This document shows, piece by piece, positions 30,836 through 41,176 of a stretch of 64,000 bases of DNA. Made by a program: the position numbers and the translations under genes. The stretch is taken from positions 1,275 to 65,274 of the forward strand of contig CAWELC010000011.1 of NCBI GenBank assembly GCA_963809875.1, in the 5' to 3' direction. Below the pieces are notes generated by a model. The model was not told the DNA's origin and ran no database searches. It was given only the letters and a program-made list of their open reading frames with translations. Source of the stretch: an uncultured delta proteobacterium (GTDB lineage: Bacteria > Desulfobacterota > Zymogenia > Zymogenales > Zymogenaceae). Every line of letters starts with the position of its first letter. Within the stretch, counting starts at the first letter, position 1.

Positions 30836-32116
30836 ATGAATATCACCTGCCCGCATTGCGGCCTCGTCGGTAAGATCGACCGGGACAAGCTGAAGGCGTC
30901 GTCGGGAACCGTCAAGTGCCCCCGCTGCCACAAGGCCTTCACGCCGATCGAGGAAAAACCCCCCGCACCCGGACGCTCCGCCTCCCCGAAAAAAGGGACG
31001 CCGAAAAAAGAGCCCGTGCTTTTCGGCGCCCGATCCAGTGACGACCTCCCGTTTACGAAGATAATGCAGGGAGACGATCTGCGTTCGGAGCATGACCTCG
31101 ATATAGAGATCGAGACCGTCGATATGCCGGATTCCCTTGGCGCGGATAGGGCCGAGGAGATCATCTCCCTCGGTGAAGAAGACATCGTCTCGACGGGGGA
31201 TGACGGGTTTGGCCCGGCGCAAGCCGGCCCAGCGGAACTCCCGGAGGAAATTCCCCTGGGAGATACCGCCGCCGGGGCACCCGGTGAGATTCCGGATTCG
31301 GCGATGCCGGTCCCAATGGAAACCCCGCCGTCCCCGAAGCCGAAGCGGGGCCTCTTCGGGCTCTTCGGGGGAGGTCCCAAGCCCCCGAAGGAGACAGTGT
31401 CCCCGCCGGCCGCCCGGCCGGCCCCGCGGAGGGCGGGCATCAGGAGGGGGTTGATCCTCTTTTTCATCGCCGTGCTTGCCCTGTGGGGGGGATACCGTTT
31501 TTTTTCTACCTACTGGCCGCCCTATGTCCAGGAGAAGGAATTCCTCACCGACTCCCGCGCCCTCTTTGATAAATACCATGAATTAAGGGTCTATCTCAAA
31601 GTGGGGATGCCCGATCCCGTGTTCGCCACAAAAGTGGCGGAGACCGCCTACTTCTGGGAGGTCTACCGTGAGAAGCACGATTCGAAGTATCGCAAGGATC
31701 CCCTGTTTGCCTCGCTGATGATCATGGGAAGGCTCTTTCTGACGATCAAGGAGCTGTTGGACAGGGATATGTACCCGGATAACTACCTCGGTCTCGAGTG
31801 GGGCGAGGGGTTTCCTTTCCTGACCAAGGAGGAATACGTCAACGCGATGGTGACGGGTATCCCCATCTGCATCAATGCCGCCGAGGATAACTTCCTCTTC
31901 GCAAAGCAGCTGCTGGATCTTTCGGGTAACTTCAACTTCGTATCCATGACGACCGGCGAGATCCTTAAGCGTCCCTCCGGGACGTCACGTGCCGACTACG
32001 CCCCCGACCTGAAGCGGGCAAACAATGCGTTCATGACGCTCGATACCCAGATGCCCGTCCTGAAGAAGGCGGTTGCCGAGGTTCGCAGTACTGTAACCAG
32101 CGTGTCAGGAAAATGA
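30836..32116 (+). CDS. Zinc-ribbon (MJ0042-type) bitopic membrane protein
   Basis: N-terminal CPHC...VKCPRC, acidic/Pro-rich linker, single TM, unrecognised C-terminal domain. Confidence 0.75.
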   Translation: MNITCPHCGLVGKIDRDKLKASSGTVKCPRCHKAFTPIEEKPPAPGRSASPKKGTPKKEPVLFGARSSDDLPFTKIMQGDDLRSEHDLDIEIETVDMPDSLGADRAEEIISLGEEDIVSTGDDGFGPAQAGPAELPEEIPLGDTAAGAPGEIPDSAMPVPMETPPSPKPKRGLFGLFGGGPKPPKETVSPPAARPAPRRAGIRRGLILFFIAVLALWGGYRFFSTYWPPYVQEKEFLTDSRALFDKYHELRVYLKVGMPDPVFATKVAETAYFWEVYREKHDSKYRKDPLFASLMIMGRLFLTIKELLDRDMYPDNYLGLEWGEGFPFLTKEEYVNAMVTGIPICINAAEDNFLFAKQLLDLSGNFNFVSMTTGEILKRPSGTSRADYAPDLKRANNAFMTLDTQMPVLKKAVAEVRSTVTSVSGK

Positions 32117-32123
32117 GGTAGCG

Positions 32124-32927
32124 ATGAAAAAGATCGTGACGGCCCTGTTCATTTCGGTTGCCCTGTTGACGTCGTTGGGAGCCATGAACGCCCAAGCCGG
32201 CGTGTATGAGGATATGGTCCTGATCCCGGCGGGAGAGTTCGTCATGGGCAGCGCCCTGGGTGATGCCGACGAGCGGCCCGAGCACCGGGTCTTTGTAAAG
32301 GACTTCTTTGTAGACCGTTTTGAGGTAACCAACGACGAGTTCGCGGCCTTTCTGAACGAGGTGGGAAATCCGCTCGTGGAGGGAGCGCACTACCTGTTCA
32401 TCGACAGCCCCGACTGCAGGATCGATGAGATAAAGGGGAAATTTGTCGCCGAGGAAGGATACGGCGATCACCCGGTGACACAGGTGAGCTACTACGGGGC
32501 GGAGGCCTACGCGGGCTGGGCGGGCAAACGCCTTCCCACGGAAGCCGAGTGGGAGAAGGCCGCCCGCGGTGGTCTGGGAGGAAAAGAGTATCCGTGGGGT
32601 GACGATATCGATACGCTCTCGGCCAACTATGGGCGGAAACGAATGGGGACGTCGCCGGTGGGGATATTTGCGCCGAATGGGTTTGGCCTCTATGACGTGT
32701 CGGGAAACGTCGCCGAGATGGTGAGCGATTATTACGGCGAGGGCTACTATCGGTCGTCCCCCGCCGCGGACCCGAAAGGGCCCGAGACGGGCGAGACGCA
32801 CGTCGTGCGGGGAGGAAGCTGGCTTTCGGATGCTCTGGGTGTCAGGGTCTTTGCGCGCGCGCCCGGAAACCTCCCCTACGTATCGCTTCCAAACGTCGGG
32901 TTTCGGTGCGCCAGGGACGCGCAATGA
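32124..32927 (+). CDS. Secreted FGE-sulfatase (SUMF1/EgtB/PvdO) domain protein
   Basis: Signal peptide; [48 protein letters not shown]. Confidence 0.9.
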   Translation: MKKIVTALFISVALLTSLGAMNAQAGVYEDMVLIPAGEFVMGSALGDADERPEHRVFVKDFFVDRFEVTNDEFAAFLNEVGNPLVEGAHYLFIDSPDCRIDEIKGKFVAEEGYGDHPVTQVSYYGAEAYAGWAGKRLPTEAEWEKAARGGLGGKEYPWGDDIDTLSANYGRKRMGTSPVGIFAPNGFGLYDVSGNVAEMVSDYYGEGYYRSSPAADPKGPETGETHVVRGGSWLSDALGVRVFARAPGNLPYVSLPNVGFRCARDAQ

Positions 32928-33009
32928 TTCCCCGCACCACTCCAAATCCTCAGCCGGGCACCCCGCGCTCCCGGCCCGATTCCCTCAACCCTTCCTGCTG
33001 CGGCCGCAC

Positions 33010-33786
33010 GTGCACACCGTAGGGATCATCGCGGCCCTCAAGCTGGAGGCCGATCCCGTCATCAGGAGTCTTGACGGGCGCCGTCAGGTCCGGGCCGGGC
33101 CGTTTTCGATACACCAGGGTGCCGTGGCCGGAAGGCAGGTCTCGGTAATCGTCTCCGGCGTAGGGAAAAAGGCGGCCCGCAGCGCAACCACGGCCCTCAT
33201 CGAAACCGCACGCCCGAGGCTCATCATCTCAATCGGCTTTGCGGGGGGACTCTCGGAGGCGATGGTGGCAGGGACGATCGTCGTGGCAGACGAGCTGGTG
33301 GATGACGAAGGGACCCGCGAGACCTTTCGCGCACCGGCACGGCTCGTCCCTCCTCGGACGGGCCGCCGGGGAGTCGTCCTTACCTCTCGGCACTTCGTGT
33401 CGGCCGTGGGTCACCGCAGAGAGCTCAGGGATCGGTTCGGCGCGGCGGCCGTCGATATGGAGAGCATCCACGTCGGTCGTATCGCCCGGCAGGCGGGCGT
33501 CCCTTTTCTGGTGGTCCGTATCATCTCAGACGACCTCTCGGCTGAGCTCCCCGTTATGGGCTCGGTTATGACGACAGACGGGCGGCTCGATATCCGACGG
33601 GCGGTCTTCTACTTTCTCGGGAATTTCCATACCATCGTTGGGTTCGTGCGGTTCATGAGGGGCTTGAGCCTTCACGCCGCCACTCTCAACCGGTACCTCT
33701 TGGAGCTGATCGCCGCCCTGCCGGCATGCGGGTGCGAGGGGATTGACGGCGCATCGACAGGAGTGATACGGATTCCCGAGCCCTAG
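33010..33786 (+). CDS. Nucleoside phosphorylase/MTA-SAH nucleosidase family protein (start uncertain)
   Basis: [31 protein letters not shown]. Confidence 0.8.
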   Translation: MHTVGIIAALKLEADPVIRSLDGRRQVRAGPFSIHQGAVAGRQVSVIVSGVGKKAARSATTALIETARPRLIISIGFAGGLSEAMVAGTIVVADELVDDEGTRETFRAPARLVPPRTGRRGVVLTSRHFVSAVGHRRELRDRFGAAAVDMESIHVGRIARQAGVPFLVVRIISDDLSAELPVMGSVMTTDGRLDIRRAVFYFLGNFHTIVGFVRFMRGLSLHAATLNRYLLELIAALPACGCEGIDGASTGVIRIPEP

Positions 33787-33883
33787 ATCGATCGTCTCCA
33801 GATAGAGCGGAAAGGCCGTATCGACGCTGTATATCGGCGATGATCTATGGTATACTGGTTTATCACATACCTCCGGGGCGGCG

Positions 33884-34120
33884 GTGGACACCATCCAGAA
33901 ATACTACCGGGTAAACAGGGACGGCATAGCCCTTCTCAAATTCATACTCGAATCATACGATAACGCGGCCGTCATGAGAACGGTCGACGAGCCGGGCTCG
34001 ATTATCGAGCTGCTCGTGTCCCCGGGGTTTCTGATCGAGGTGGAGGCGGTCATTGAGGAGTTTCGGGACGAGCTCAACATCCAGGAGGTTGCGCGTCCGG
34101 ACTGCCTCGATCCGCTCTGA
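33884..34120 (+). CDS. DUF4911-like small protein
   Basis: IALLKFILESYD..AVMRTVD pattern; TGGTATACT extended -10 upstream at 33848-33856. Confidence 0.65.
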   Translation: MDTIQKYYRVNRDGIALLKFILESYDNAAVMRTVDEPGSIIELLVSPGFLIEVEAVIEEFRDELNIQEVARPDCLDPL

Positions 34121-34134
34121 GAGGAGGCGGAGTC

Positions 34135-34695
34135 ATGGGTAACTTCAGTCTCTCCGACAGCCAGAAGAAAGAGCTTCTGGCCGCGGCCCGAAAGACCATC
34201 GAGGAGGGCGCGCACGGCAGGAAGAAGCCGAAGGTTGAGCCGACGGACGCGGGCCTGAAGGTGCCCGCCGGGGCCTTCGTGTCGCTTCACAAGCGAGGCA
34301 GGCTCAGGGGCTGTATCGGGAGGTTCGAGGCGGACAACCCCGTATGCGATACGGTCGTCGACATGGCCTGGGCGGCTTCGAAAAACGATCCCCGGTTCAA
34401 CGAGGTAGGGCCCGAGGAGCTTGACGACATCGACATCGAGATATCGGTCCTTTCTCCCCTGAAGAAGATCGCGGATGTCAAGGAGATCAAGGTGGGCAGG
34501 CACGGGCTTTTCGTCGCCCACGGATATCGGCGGGGGACGCTCCTGCCGCAGGTCTGTGTCGAGCAGGGGTGGGACCGCGATACGTTCCTCTGTCACACGT
34601 GTCTCAAGGCGGGGCTTCCGAAAGACGCCTGGAAAGACGAGGGCACCGAGATTTTCATCTACGATGCCCTGATCTTCGGGGAAAAGGAGCCGTGA
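34135..34695 (+). CDS. amrA: AMMECR1-domain protein (AmmeMemoRadiSam protein A)
   Basis: GAFVSL, LRGCIG, DPRF, IEISVLSP, GTLLPQV, CLKAGL. Confidence 0.9.
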   Translation: MGNFSLSDSQKKELLAAARKTIEEGAHGRKKPKVEPTDAGLKVPAGAFVSLHKRGRLRGCIGRFEADNPVCDTVVDMAWAASKNDPRFNEVGPEELDDIDIEISVLSPLKKIADVKEIKVGRHGLFVAHGYRRGTLLPQVCVEQGWDRDTFLCHTCLKAGLPKDAWKDEGTEIFIYDALIFGEKEP

Positions 34696-34805
34696 TCGAT
34701 CGCCGTTCACCTCCCCGGTGAAACGGACCGGCCGCGCTGCCGGCCGGCCTATCGTCACGTTCCGCCCGTCGGCGTACTCGCCTGCTTCCGACTGCTCTCC
34801 GAGTC

Positions 34806-36005
34806 CTACGTGAGCTTTTTGACCGCCTCTCCGATCCTCTTTACGCCCTCGGTGATCTCGGCCGTCGAGGCCGCGTACGAAAGGCGTACGCACGTATCGT
34901 CGCCGAACTCCGCCCCCGGCACCAGCGCCACCTTGGCCTCGGTCAACAGGAAAGCCGCAAAACCGATCGATCCGGTGATCTTCGTGCCCGAGAATGACTT
35001 TCCGAAAGTCCCCGACACGTCGGGGAACGCATAGAAGGCTCCCTCCGGATTGCGGCAGGTCACTCCCGGTATCGCGTTGAGGCCGTCGACGATGAGCTTT
35101 CGCCGGGCCTCGAACTCCCGCCTCATCCGCTCCACCTCGTCCTGGGGTCCGCTGATCGCCTCCACGGCCGCCCATTGAGCGATGGAAGACGCGTTGGTGG
35201 TGCTCTGGCTCTGGATCTTGGTCATGGCCGAGATGAGGGCCTCGGGACCCGCGGCGTACCCGATGCGCCAGCCGGTCATGGCGTACGTCTTGGAGACCCC
35301 GTTGACGACGATGGAAAGCTGCCTGATCTCGTCCCCAAGGGAGGCAATGCTGACGTGCCTGAAGCCGTCGTAGACCAGTTTCTCGTAAATCTCGTCGGAG
35401 ATGACGTAAATATTATTCTTGACGCAGAAGTGTGCGATGTCGGACAGCTCCCGTTCGCTATAGGACACCCCGGACGGATTGGACGGATAGTTGAGGATCA
35501 GGGCCTTGGTCGCCCCAGTAGTGTAACGGGCCAGATCGTCTGGGTCGATCTTGAAGTCCCTGTCCCTCCCGCTGGGGATGATGACCGGTGTCCCGCCCGC
35601 AAGCCCTACCATCGGGGGATAGGATACCCAGTAGGGTGCGGGAATCAGCACCTCGTCGCCCGGCTCAAAAAAGGCCATGCAGAGATTATAGAGGGAGTGC
35701 TTGCCCCCGCAGGAGACGAGGATCTCGGAGGGCTTGTAGGCGATACCATTGTCGCGCATGAACTTTTCGACGATGGCGGCCTTGAGCTCTTTAATGCCCC
35801 CCACGTCCGTATATTTGGTCTTGCCCGCTTCAATGGCTTTGATGCCCGATTTCTTGATATTGGCCGGCGTGTCGAAGTCCGGCTCGCCCACCCCGAACCC
35901 AATGACGTTTTCGCCCTTGGCCTTGAGCTCATTGGCCTTGGCGGTGATGGCAAGCGTCGCCGACGGCTTGAGGCTGATGACCCGGTCGGACAGTTTACGT
36001 TTCAT
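34806..36005 (-). CDS. PLP-dependent aspartate aminotransferase (class I/II)
   Basis: GEPDFDTP, PSNPSG, SDEIYE, NGVSKTYAMTGWRIGY. Confidence 0.95.
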   Translation of the reverse strand: MKRKLSDRVISLKPSATLAITAKANELKAKGENVIGFGVGEPDFDTPANIKKSGIKAIEAGKTKYTDVGGIKELKAAIVEKFMRDNGIAYKPSEILVSCGGKHSLYNLCMAFFEPGDEVLIPAPYWVSYPPMVGLAGGTPVIIPSGRDRDFKIDPDDLARYTTGATKALILNYPSNPSGVSYSERELSDIAHFCVKNNIYVISDEIYEKLVYDGFRHVSIASLGDEIRQLSIVVNGVSKTYAMTGWRIGYAAGPEALISAMTKIQSQSTTNASSIAQWAAVEAISGPQDEVERMRREFEARRKLIVDGLNAIPGVTCRNPEGAFYAFPDVSGTFGKSFSGTKITGSIGFAAFLLTEAKVALVPGAEFGDDTCVRLSYAASTAEITEGVKRIGEAVKKLT

Positions 36006-36006
36006 G

Positions 36007-36513
36007 TTATCCTTCTCTCTTCTGATAGAGGTCTTTGAATTTTTCCTTGAGCTTCTCCGCGACGTAGTCGGTTACGAGATCCTGGACCGATCCCCCGGCC
36101 ATGGCGGTGGCCTTGATGATGTTGGAGCTGACGTAAAGATACCGATAGCCGGTCATCATGAAAAAGGTCTCTATGTTCCGGTTAAGCTTCCGGTTCATTA
36201 GCGCCAACTGGAGCTCGTACTCGAAGTCCGAGACGGCCCTCAGACCCCGGATGATCGCCTTTGCCTTGATCGAGGCGGCGTAGTCGACCAACAGGCCGTC
36301 GAACGTGTCGACGACGATCCGGTCGTTGTGCTCGGAGAGCGCCTGCTTGATCATATCCATCCGTTCCTCGGGGCTAAACAGCGTGACCTTGTAGGGATTT
36401 ATTCCGATGGCGATAATGATCTTGTCGAATACCTTGAGCGCCCGCTCGGCCAGGTCAATATGCCCCATCGTGATAGGGTCGAAGGTCCCTGGAAGAATCG
36501 CAAGACTGGGCAT
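36007..36513 (-). CDS. coaD: Phosphopantetheine adenylyltransferase
   Basis: PGTFDPITMGHID, RGLRAVSDFEYE. Confidence 0.96.
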   Translation of the reverse strand: MPSLAILPGTFDPITMGHIDLAERALKVFDKIIIAIGINPYKVTLFSPEERMDMIKQALSEHNDRIVVDTFDGLLVDYAASIKAKAIIRGLRAVSDFEYELQLALMNRKLNRNIETFFMMTGYRYLYVSSNIIKATAMAGGSVQDLVTDYVAEKLKEKFKDLYQKREG

Positions 36514-36521
36514 GGTTCACC

Positions 36522-37073
36522 TCACGCTCGTGTAAAAAAGGTAACACCCGTATCTCCGTAGAATCTGGTGTGGTCCGATTTCAGCTCTCCATATGAGGGA
36601 TGGGGGAGCGTCTTTGCGCTGTGCTGCCAGATCAGCACGCCCCCCGGCGCAATCAGGTCGTGCTCGACCAGAGAAAAGATGATCTCCACGGTTCGGTTAT
36701 ACGCATACGGGGGGTCCAGGAACACGATATCCGCCGAAACACCGAGCTTTCCCAGCGCCTTGACGCCCTTGATGGCGTCCAGCATCATGACGGATGCCCG
36801 GTCGGCCAGGCCGAGATTCTTTATGTTCCGTTTGAGGATCTCGACCACTCTCGGATTGCGCTCGATAAAAAAGGCGCGGGCCGCACCGCGGCTGATGGCC
36901 TCTATCCCGATGTTGCCCGTGCCCGAAAAGCAGTCCACGAAGGTAGAGTCGATGATCCTGTCGGCGATAATGGAAAAGAGCGCCTCCTTCACCCGCGAAC
37001 CGGTGGGCCTGACCATTGTCCCATCAGGATTGATAAGGCGCCGCCCCTTGAGATCCCCCGAAATGACTCTCAT
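36522..37073 (-). CDS. rsmD: 16S rRNA m2G966 methyltransferase
   Basis: MRVISG, RPT..RVKEALF, FLDPPY, YGDT; upstream of coaD. Confidence 0.93.
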   Translation of the reverse strand: MRVISGDLKGRRLINPDGTMVRPTGSRVKEALFSIIADRIIDSTFVDCFSGTGNIGIEAISRGAARAFFIERNPRVVEILKRNIKNLGLADRASVMMLDAIKGVKALGKLGVSADIVFLDPPYAYNRTVEIIFSLVEHDLIAPGGVLIWQHSAKTLPHPSYGELKSDHTRFYGDTGVTFFTRA

Positions 37074-37116
37074 CGCCCGCATATCCTCTGACCCGGCCGC
37101 CTATAACCCGGCCGGC

Positions 37117-37941
37117 CTATAACCTGACCGGCACTCCGCGCTCCTTCAGATAGTGTTTGGCGTCGCGGATGGAATATTCGCGGAAGTGAAAGATGGACGC
37201 CGCCAGTGCGGCGTCGGCCCCGGAGACCGAAAGCCCCTCAAAGATATGCTCCAGGTTGCCCACGCCGCCCGAGGCGATGACGGGAATGTCGATGCAATCG
37301 ACGACCGCGCGGGTAAGCCTCAGGTCGTATCCTTCCCTGGTTCCGTCAAAGTCCATGGAGGTCAGCATGATCTCACCCGCCCCGAGCTTCTCCATGGTGA
37401 CGACCCATTCCAGGGCGTCGATTCCCGTCGCCTCCCGACCGCCGTGGGTCACTACCTCCCAGGTGAGCTCTTCTTCATTGTCTTTGCCGGGTATCCTCCG
37501 ACGGCTCTCCCCGATTTGACGGCCCCACTCGCCGGCTCTGCGTCGCTTGGCGTCCACGGCCACGACGATGCACTGGGAGCCGAAGCGCTGGGCCGCCTCG
37601 AAAACGAAGTTCGGGTCCTTGACGGCGGCGGTGTTAATGGAGACCTTATCGGCGCCCGCCACCAGAAGCTTCCTGATATCCTCGATGGTGCGGATGCCGC
37701 CCCCGACGGTCAGCGGCATGAAGATCTCCTCGGCCGTCCTTCTGACCACGTCCAGGATGATGTCCCGCTTGTCGGACGACGCGGTGATATCCAGAAACGT
37801 CAGCTCATCGGCCCCTTCCCGGTCATAGAAAGAGGCATTTTCGACGGGGTCTCCCGCATCGGTCAGGTCGATAAAGTTGACCCCCTTGACGACACGTCCG
37901 TCTTTTACGTCCAGACACGGTATGATTCGCTTGGCAAGCAT
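37117..37941 (-). CDS. hisF: Imidazole glycerol phosphate synthase cyclase subunit
   Basis: [36 protein letters not shown]. Confidence 0.97.
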   Translation of the reverse strand: MLAKRIIPCLDVKDGRVVKGVNFIDLTDAGDPVENASFYDREGADELTFLDITASSDKRDIILDVVRRTAEEIFMPLTVGGGIRTIEDIRKLLVAGADKVSINTAAVKDPNFVFEAAQRFGSQCIVVAVDAKRRRAGEWGRQIGESRRRIPGKDNEEELTWEVVTHGGREATGIDALEWVVTMEKLGAGEIMLTSMDFDGTREGYDLRLTRAVVDCIDIPVIASGGVGNLEHIFEGLSVSGADAALAASIFHFREYSIRDAKHYLKERGVPVRL

Positions 37942-38010
37942 GGTCGATCCGTTACTCGCATGTCTGATCTACTTCGTTTGCGCGTTCCCGGACGCGCCCC
38001 CATCGCCGCC

Positions 38011-38757
38011 TTACCCTTCCCGGGCGATCTCATCTGCCGCGGCGTTGGCCCGGGCCAGGTCCACCTTTCCTTCGTAGAGCGCCCGTCCTACAATCACGCC
38101 GATCACCCCGTCGGGATTCAGCCGGGCGGCCGCCTGGACGTCACTGATATCCCTGACTCCCCCGGAAGCGACTACGGGTATCCCCCCCTCCCGGGCCATC
38201 CGGCGCGTCCCGGGGATGTCCAGCCCCGTACCGAGCCCGTCGCGGGCGATATCGGTATAGATGACGGCCGCTATCCCCGATCCTTCGTAGGAGCGGGCGA
38301 GCTCCACCGCCGATATTCCCCCTTCTTCCCGCCAGCCCTTGGTCTTTACCAGGCCGTTCCGTGCGTCGATACCCAGGATAACCCGGCCCGGGTAGCGGGA
38401 GGCGGCCGAGAGAACAAAATCGCGACTTTCGACCGCTGCCGTCCCTACGACGACCCACTGGACGCCCGCCGTCAGATAGGCCTCAACGGCCTCCATCGAT
38501 CGGATGCCCCCCCCGATTTCGACGGGGACCCCGACCTCGCGGGCGATTCGTTCAATTACCTCCCGGTGGGCGGACGAACCGTCCTTTGCGGCGTCGAGAT
38601 CCACCAGGTGCAAACGCCGCGCCCCCATCCCGACCCAGCGAAGGGCGGCCGCCAGCGGGTCGTCAAAATAGCGTGTCTCCCGATCGAAGTCGCCCTCGGC
38701 AAGCCTGACGGCCTTGCCTCCCCGCATATCGACCGCCGGGATGACTACGAAGCCCAT
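38011..38757 (-). CDS. hisA: ProFAR isomerase
   Basis: IPAVDMRGGKAVRL, LHLVDLD, GGGIRS, YTDIARDG. Confidence 0.95.
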   Translation of the reverse strand: MGFVVIPAVDMRGGKAVRLAEGDFDRETRYFDDPLAAALRWVGMGARRLHLVDLDAAKDGSSAHREVIERIAREVGVPVEIGGGIRSMEAVEAYLTAGVQWVVVGTAAVESRDFVLSAASRYPGRVILGIDARNGLVKTKGWREEGGISAVELARSYEGSGIAAVIYTDIARDGLGTGLDIPGTRRMAREGGIPVVASGGVRDISDVQAAARLNPDGVIGVIVGRALYEGKVDLARANAAADEIAREG

Positions 38758-39384
38758 CGGTCGGTGATCTCCGTAAAGGACTTGAGGATCGAGAGCCCTC
38801 GGTCCTGGCTCTTTTCCGGGTGAAACTGGGTCGCAAAGACGTTGTTATGCCTCACCGCAGAGACGAAATCCATGCCGTAGTCGGTCGTCCCGGCCGCGTC
38901 CTGACGCTCTTCGGGCACGACGTAAAACGAGTGAACAAAATAGAAATAGTCGTCGTCCGAGACGGCGTCAAAAGGCGCCGCGTGCGTGTTCCACCGTACC
39001 TGATTCCACCCCATGTGGGGGACCTTGAGGCGGCCCTCTCCCTCGAAGGGGGGGCCGGAAAACCTTACGACGCTCCCCCCGATGACCCCCAGCCCGTCGT
39101 GCCTGCCGAACTCGAAACCCTCGGTGAAGAGGAGCTGGAGGCCCAGGCAGATCCCGAAAAAGGGCCTGCCGGTCCCGATAAAGTCGAGGATCGGCTGGAT
39201 CAGGCGGGCGTGGTCAAGGTTTCTCATGCAGTCGGCAAATGCCCCGACGCCGGGCAGCACGATCCCCGCGGCGTCGGCAATCACGTGGGCGTCGGAGGTG
39301 ACTACCGCGTCGGCCCCGACCTTCTCGAAGCGCCTTGGCCACGCTCCTCAGGTTTCCCATTTCATAGTCGATGACGGCGATCAT
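38745..39384 (-). CDS. hisH: IGP synthase glutaminase subunit (one apparent frameshift near 39335)
   Basis: [43 protein letters not shown]. Confidence 0.93.
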
Positions 39385-40555
39385 GCCGCCCCCTCGAAGA
39401 AGGCCCCGATTTCGTCCACCACGTATCGCTGCATCTCGGCCGTCAGCTCCGGGTAGATGGGCAGCGCCAGGCTGCGCTTTGCCGCGGACTCGGCGTGGGG
39501 GAAATCTCCCGCCCGGTAGCCGAGATAGCGGTAGCACTCCTGCAGGTGCAGCGGCAGCGGGTAATAGATCTCGGAGCCGATTTCGGCTCGCGAAAGGTGC
39601 TCGCGCAGGGCGTCGCGTCGATCGACCATGATGACGAACTGATTGTAGATATGGCGGTACCCTTCGATCTCCGTCGGCAGCGTGACCGGGCCTTCGGGCG
39701 ATGCAAGCCCGCGGGCGGCAAAGAGCTCCCGGTAGCGGGCGGCGTTGGCGTTTCTCTTTTCGCTCCAGGCGTCCAGATGCCTGAGCTTGACCCGAAGAAC
39801 GGCCGCCTGAAGCGCGTCGAGCCGGCTGTTGAGCGCCGACCAGCTTATGGTAATATTTGGGTTTGCTGCCGTGGTTCCTCAATACCTTGAGACCGTCGGC
39901 CGTCTGTGCGGACGAGGTGGTGATCATCCCGCCGTCGCCGAAACCACCGAGATTCTTGCTGGGGAAAAAGGAAAAACATCCCATGTCCCCCATCGATCCC
40001 GCGTTACCGGTCGGGCAGCGGGAACCGATGGCCTGGGCCGCGTCTTCCACCACGAAGAGGCCGTGTCCGAGAAGCCGTACGGATGATGGAGGCCATATCG
40101 GCCGTCTGGCCGAAGAGGTGGACCGGCATGACCCCTTTGACAACCCTGCCGTCGGCGGCCACGGGAGCCCCCCCGTTTTTTGTGAGCTCCTTCATGAGGT
40201 CCTCGAAGCGGCCGGGATCCATGTTGAAGGTTGCCGGATCGATGTCGACGAAGAGGACAGACGCGCCGGTCCTCGTGATGGAGCCGGCGGTGGCAAAAAA
40301 CGAGTATGGAGTCGTCACCACGGCGTCTCCGGGCCCCAGCCCTTTGACCATCATGGCCAGGAGTATGGCGTCGCTTCCCGAGGCTACCCCGATCCCGTAT
40401 GCCGCCCCCGTGTATGCGGCGATCTCGGCCTCGAGGGCCTCCACCTCCGGGCCGAGGATGAAATACTGGGAATCGATCACGCCGTCTACGGCGCTTTTCA
40501 CCTCATCTTTAATCGTGGCGTGCTGTGCTTTCAGATCCAGGAGTGGGACTTTCAT
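39381..40555 (-). CDS. DegT/DnrJ/EryC1/StrS nucleotide-sugar aminotransferase (WbpE-like; apparent frameshifts)
   Basis: [49 protein letters not shown]. Confidence 0.9.
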
Positions 40556-41154
40556 CGCTTTTCTTCATATCCTTTCTCGGGGCGCACCGTGCCATCTTCC
40601 TTCCGGTACGTCCTTGAGCACTCGGCGCATGTGGCTTGGCTCCTATTGTTAAACTTCATGACTGCACCGCACATGCAGACCCATCCCGAAGGCCGGGCCG
40701 GATTGCCCGTGACCAGGGCAAAATCGTCGACGTCCCTGGTTACGACGGCCCCCGCGCCCACCAGGCAGTAGCGGCCCAGAGATATTCCACAGATGATCGT
40801 GGCGTTTGCCCCGATCGTCGCCCCCCGGCCGACGACGGTCTTGTTGTACCTGTCCTTGCGGGGGAATTCGCTTCGGGGGGTCTTTACGTTGGTAAAGACG
40901 CAGGACGGCCCCAGGAAGGCGAAGTCCTCCACGACGACCCCGTCGTAGATCGAGACGTTGTTCTGTATCTTCACCCCGTCGCCGATGACGGCGGTCGGTG
41001 CAACGTACACGTTCTGACCGATGTTCACGTTGCGTCCGACCCGTGCGCCGCGGCAGACGTGCGAGAAATGCCACACCTTCGTCCCGGGGCCGAGTTGGGC
41101 TCCCTCGTCGATTACGGCAGTCGGGTGCAGGAATATATCATCGGTCTCTGTCAT
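40552..41154 (-). CDS. Hexapeptide-repeat N-acetyltransferase (WbpD-like) with C-terminal Cys pairs
   Basis: TKVWHFSHV, KIQNNVSIYDGV, GPSCVFTNV..PRS, GNPAR..GWVCMCG, CAEC. Confidence 0.88.
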   Translation of the reverse strand: MTETDDIFLHPTAVIDEGAQLGPGTKVWHFSHVCRGARVGRNVNIGQNVYVAPTAVIGDGVKIQNNVSIYDGVVVEDFAFLGPSCVFTNVKTPRSEFPRKDRYNKTVVGRGATIGANATIICGISLGRYCLVGAGAVVTRDVDDFALVTGNPARPSGWVCMCGAVMKFNNRSQATCAECSRTYRKEDGTVRPEKGYEEKR

Positions 41155-41176
41155 GGTCTGTCCACTTTCGGCCCGA

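Noticed and set aside
37153-38823. Long antisense ORFs (for example 556 aa here, 490 aa at 24029-25501, 469 aa at 47375-48784)
   Set aside because: Mirror frames of well-supported opposite-strand genes, expected in high-GC DNA; no recognisable motifs.
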